From an uncultured Chloroflexia bacterium (GTDB lineage: Bacteria; Chloroflexota; Limnocylindria; Limnocylindrales; CSP1-4), in NCBI GenBank assembly GCA_963840375.1, contig CAWIYR010000002.1, positions 1,024,613 through 1,088,612 of the forward strand: DNA of 64,000 bases, read 5' to 3'. Shown piece by piece: positions 60,795 through 64,000 of this stretch; position 1 is the first letter of the stretch; the number at the start of each line of letters is the position of its first letter. Under the pieces are notes generated by a model, which ran no database searches, had not been told where the DNA came from, and worked only from the letters and a program-made list of their open reading frames with translations. A program made the translations under genes and the position numbers.

Positions 60795-61898
60795 ATGACA
60801 TTCCTCGAGCTCACGGGCATCAAGAAGCAGTTCGGCGAGGCGGTCGCGGTCCAGGACTTCAACCTGGCCGTCGAGCGGGGCGAGTTCGTCTCGTTCCTGG
60901 GGCCCAGCGGCTGCGGCAAGACCACCACCCTGCGGATGATCGCCGGGTTCGAGCTGCCCTCGGCGGGCTCGATCACGGTCGAAGGGGCCGACATCACGCA
61001 CAAGGCGCCCAACCAGCGCAACGTGGGGATGGTCTTCCAGTCGTACGCCCTCTTCCCGAACATGACCGTGGCCGAGAACATCGGCTTCGGGTTGAAGGTC
61101 CGCAAGAAGCCGGCCGATGCCATCAAGAAGCGGGTCGGTGAGCTCCTCGAGCTCATCCACCTCTCGGGCAAGGGTGGCAAGTACCCGTACGAGCTCTCCG
61201 GCGGGATGCAGCAGCGGGTGGCCCTGGCCCGGGCCCTGGCCATCGAGCCCCACGTCCTCCTGCTCGACGAGCCGCTGTCCGCGCTCGACGCGAAGATCCG
61301 GATCTCGCTGCGCAACGAGATCCGGTCGATCCAGCGTCAGCTCGGGATCACCACGGTCTACGTCACCCACGACCAGGAGGAGGCCCTCTCGCTGTCCGAC
61401 CGGGTCGTGGTCATGAGCGAGGGCCGGATGGAGCAGGTCGGGACGCCGTTCGAGATCTACAACTTCCCGACGACCACGTTCGTCGCCAAGTTCGTCGGGA
61501 CCCTCAACGTCCTGACCGCGAAGGTCATCGACGGCGCGGCCGGCCGGATCTCCATCGACGGCCAGGAGATCCAGACCGGGAAGCCGGTGACGAGCACCTC
61601 CGCCGGCGAGACCGCGGTCGCGCTCCGACCCGAGCGGGTCCGGTTGGACGAGGGTCCCGAAGGCTACAACCACCTGACCGGCGAGATCCACGACATCACC
61701 TTCCTCGGCTCGATCGTCCGGATCCGGATGCGGCTGAGCGACGGCAGCATGGTGATGTTCGACACGTTCAACAACCCCGGGCTGTCGGTCCCCCAGATCG
61801 GCGAATCGGTCCGGGTGGCGTTCTCCCAGGAGGCCTGCCTCCTGCTCGACCAGGCCGTGGTCGCGGCCGAGCCGGACCTCATCGAAACCGGAGTGTGA
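60795..61898 (+). CDS. ABC transporter ATP-binding protein (PotA/FbpC-like, with a TOBE-type C-terminal domain)
   Basis: Walker A GPSGCGKTT, signature LSGGMQQR, Walker B LLLDEPLSALD. About 120-aa C-terminal regulatory domain. Confidence 0.9.
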   Translation: MTFLELTGIKKQFGEAVAVQDFNLAVERGEFVSFLGPSGCGKTTTLRMIAGFELPSAGSITVEGADITHKAPNQRNVGMVFQSYALFPNMTVAENIGFGLKVRKKPADAIKKRVGELLELIHLSGKGGKYPYELSGGMQQRVALARALAIEPHVLLLDEPLSALDAKIRISLRNEIRSIQRQLGITTVYVTHDQEEALSLSDRVVVMSEGRMEQVGTPFEIYNFPTTTFVAKFVGTLNVLTAKVIDGAAGRISIDGQEIQTGKPVTSTSAGETAVALRPERVRLDEGPEGYNHLTGEIHDITFLGSIVRIRMRLSDGSMVMFDTFNNPGLSVPQIGESVRVAFSQEACLLLDQAVVAAEPDLIETGV

Positions 61899-62661
61899 CG
61901 GCCGACCATCGGGCTCGACCGCTCGACCCGGAAGACCCCTTCGCCGGGCTCGGTCTGGTCGTCTTCGACAAGGACGGCACCCTCATCGACTTCGACGCGA
62001 TGTGGTCGGGCTGGGCGACGGAGCTGGCCGACCGGCTCGCGGCGACGACGGGTCGCCCGATCCGAGGAGTCGCTCTACCGGGCCCTCGGCTACGACGAGG
62101 CGACCGGGCGGGCCACGGCTCCGGCGGACCGCTCGCGGCGATGCCGATGGCCCACCTGCGCGACCTCACCGACCGACGTGGTCCGCGACCTCGGGCGGCG
62201 ACCAGCGAGGCCGCGGAGGCCGGCGGTCGCCGCGTCCTGGCAGGCCCCCGATCCGATGGCCCGGGCCCACCCGCTGACCGATCTCCGGGCGCTGTTCGGC
62301 GGCCTCCGGGCACGGGGCATCCGGGTCGGTGTGGCGACCTCGGATGATCGGGCACCGACCGAGGCGACCCTGGCCGGACTCGGGGTCGCCGGGCTCGTCG
62401 ACGGGATCGTCTGCGCCGACGACGGGCTGCGGGTCAAGCCGGCGCCCGGACATGCTCGTCGCACTGTGCCTGCGGCTCGGGGTCCCGGCCTCGGCGACCG
62501 CCATGGTCGGCGACTCGCACGGCGGACCTCGCGATGGGTCGCGCGGCCGGGGTCGCGCCGATGCGTCGGGGTGCTCTCGGGAGTCGGGGTCGCGTCAGGA
62601 CCTGGGACCGCTCGCCGACGTCATGGTGGGCTCGATCGCGGACCTGATGCCCTCCGCCTGA
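61895..62661 (+). pseudogene. HAD-superfamily hydrolase (phosphatase-like) broken by about 8-10 frame changes
   Basis: GTG 61895 overlaps the ATPase stop. Motif I VVFDKDGTLIDF, motif II VGVATS, motif III KPAPDML and motif IV MVGDS..ADL are each found, but in different frames. Confidence 0.7.
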
Positions 62662-62852
62662 CGCCCTCGGGGTCTGGCGCTCCGCCGCACGCCGGGCCGC
62701 GGTGGGTGACGCCCGCCGCCACTCCGCCGCCGCCGGCTTCATGAGACTCTACAAATGTTTCGATACCTTCACCGAATCCGTCCTCCGAGCGCAGACGCGG
62801 AACGGGATGCTGCGGCGCGCCCGCCCGTCGGTCGCCCAGCCTGGGAGGACCC

Positions 62853-64000
62853 ATGCCGCCAGCGCTCCATCCGTTCGCTCGGACCGTGCTGCCCGTCGCC
62901 GCGACCGCCCGTGGCCTCGACGGCCGCCCGCCCGTCCGGGACCCGGGACGAGGTGCGGCGGCGCGGGACCGCGGGCGTGGATCGGACGCGTCGGAGCTCC
63001 CTGCCTCTGGTCTGCGTGCCTACCGGGCGCTCCTCCCGCTCCGGTTCTTCCTCGGTGCGACGTTCGTCTACGCCGGGCTCGACAAGGTCGTCGACCCGCA
63101 CTTCCTTCACGACACGGGCCCGGGCTCGATCGGCGAGCAGCTCGTGGGGTTCACCCACGTCTCCCCGCTGGCACCGCTCATCCAGCTGACGGCCCTCCAG
63201 GCGCCGGTCCTCATCGGCTTCCTCATCGCCCTGGCCGAGATCGCGATCGGGCTCGCCGCGCTCACCGGTCTGCTCTACCGGGTGGCCGCGGCCGGCGGCT
63301 TCGCCCTGTCGGTCATGTTCTGGCTGACCGCCTCCTGGGCGACGAAGCCGTACTACTACGGCCCGGACCTGCCCTATGCCCTCGGCTGGCTGACGATCGG
63401 CCTCGCCGGACACGGCGGCCTATACGTGCTCGACGGAGCGTGGGACCGCTGGGCGGGGCGGCGCATCGTCCGGGCCCGCTACGGCGACTTCGTCCCGCCG
63501 GCCGAGGTCGACGCCTGGACGGCCGACCCGGGCCGACGCGGCTTCCTCCAGGTCGCGCTGCTCGGCAGCGTGGCGGTCGGCCTCGCCGGCGCCTTCGGGC
63601 TGCTGGGTCATCGCCACGCCCTCGTGAACGCCCTCGGTCTGGGCGGGTCCGGCGAGACGCCGCGTCCCGGCGCCACCGGGTCCGGGCCGGCTTCGGTCGG
63701 TGGCGCCGGCACCCCGGCCGACAGCCCGAGCCCGACGCCCCTGACCGCAGGCGGGACCACGCCCGCCGCCTCGAGCGACGCCGGGACCCCGGCGGCGACG
63801 CCGAGCGGGAAGCTCATCGGGCAGGTCGACCAGGTCAAGGGCGGCCGGGCCGTCGCGTTCCAGGTGCCGTCGACGGGTGACCCGGCCTACCTCATCCGGC
63901 TGCCGGACGGGAAGATCGTCGCCTATGACGCCGTGTGCACCCACGCCGGCTGCACCGTGGACTTCGACCGAGGGTCGGGTCTGCTCGTCTGTCCGTGCCA
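62853..64000 (+). CDS. DoxX-like membrane domain fused to a Rieske [2Fe-2S] domain (partial, runs off the 3' edge)
   Basis: Not in the ORF track because it has no stop in the window. Hand translation from ATG 62853 (GGGAGG 6 nt upstream) shows no stop to 64000. FFLGATFVYAGLDKV (DoxX-like), an internal RRGFLQVALLGSVAVGLAG, a Pro/Thr/Ser linker, then CTHAGCTV..VCPC (first Rieske box and start of the second). Confidence 0.7.
   Translation, partial: MPPALHPFARTVLPVAATARGLDGRPPVRDPGRGAAARDRGRGSDASELPASGLRAYRALLPLRFFLGATFVYAGLDKVVDPHFLHDTGPGSIGEQLVGFTHVSPLAPLIQLTALQAPVLIGFLIALAEIAIGLAALTGLLYRVAAAGGFALSVMFWLTASWATKPYYYGPDLPYALGWLTIGLAGHGGLYVLDGAWDRWAGRRIVRARYGDFVPPAEVDAWTADPGRRGFLQVALLGSVAVGLAGAFGLLGHRHALVNALGLGGSGETPRPGATGSGPASVGGAGTPADSPSPTPLTAGGTTPAASSDAGTPAATPSGKLIGQVDQVKGGRAVAFQVPSTGDPAYLIRLPDGKIVAYDAVCTHAGCTVDFDRGSGLLVCPC

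Noticed and set aside
57848-62600. Programmed frameshifting or a diversity-generating retroelement as the cause of the frame-scrambled genes
   Set aside because: There are far too many frame changes, and I saw no slippery heptamers. The changes are indels rather than adenine-targeted substitutions. No reverse transcriptase or template repeat is present.
1-64000. Scan for tRNA/rRNA, CRISPR arrays, transposases, integrases, phage or known defence modules
   Set aside because: None recognised. I saw no T-loop GGTTCGAAYCC-type motif outside coding context, no repeat-spacer array, and no recombinase-like ORF. The window reads as ordinary core chromosome.

Overview
A 64-kb, very GC-rich, gene-dense chromosomal segment. 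GC was not computed; by eye, codon position 3 is almost always G or C. It looks like core genome of a high-GC bacterium, either actinobacterial-type or Chloroflexi-type: it has F420 biosynthesis with a single-domain CofE, several leaderless-looking starts, and many GTGA/ATGA start-stop overlaps.

I recognise about 60 genes:
- crcB plus a DUF190 partner
- a polyphosphate module: ppx, CHAD, CYTH, ppk1
- a DUF971/YbjQ/membrane trio
- an ABC-2 exporter pair
- a ligase-like pseudoenzyme
- an S9 peptidase, deoC, a C45 peptidase and a GNAT
- a TPP-riboswitch-controlled ThiY/ThiX-like importer
- a large class III cyclase-STAND-TPR protein
- an ALDH pair, an SRPBCC protein and two EamA transporters
- a galactose block: galK, a sugar ABC importer, a DeoR regulator, galT
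- arginine genes: argH on the + strand and argC-J-B-R-G on the - strand
- add, OsmC, an MsbA-like exporter and trxB
- a GGDEF protein
- an F420 island: cofC, cofE, cofD, two LLM oxidoreductases, one PPOX
- a holin-4/AlkP fusion
- a PotABCD-like importer plus a HAD hydrolase
- a partial DoxX-Rieske gene at the 3' edge

I saw no rRNA, tRNA, CRISPR array, transposase, integrase or phage module, and no convincing novel multi-gene system.

The most unusual observations are:
1. Two sharply localised clusters of frameshifting indels (indel storms) that shatter the importer substrate-binding gene and the HAD gene, while 2.9 kb of coding sequence between them is intact.
2. A Pho-box-like tandem GTTCAC direct repeat in front of that operon.
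3. A CYTH-CHAD gene split by a 2-nt slip inside an (EA/EP)n repeat linker.
4. A DNA-ligase-like protein that has lost its catalytic lysine and its OB domain.
5. A near-textbook ArgR-operator/promoter with a small coupled upstream ORF ahead of argC.
6. An ALDH paralogue that lacks the catalytic domain.

All family calls come from motif recognition by eye. No database search was run.
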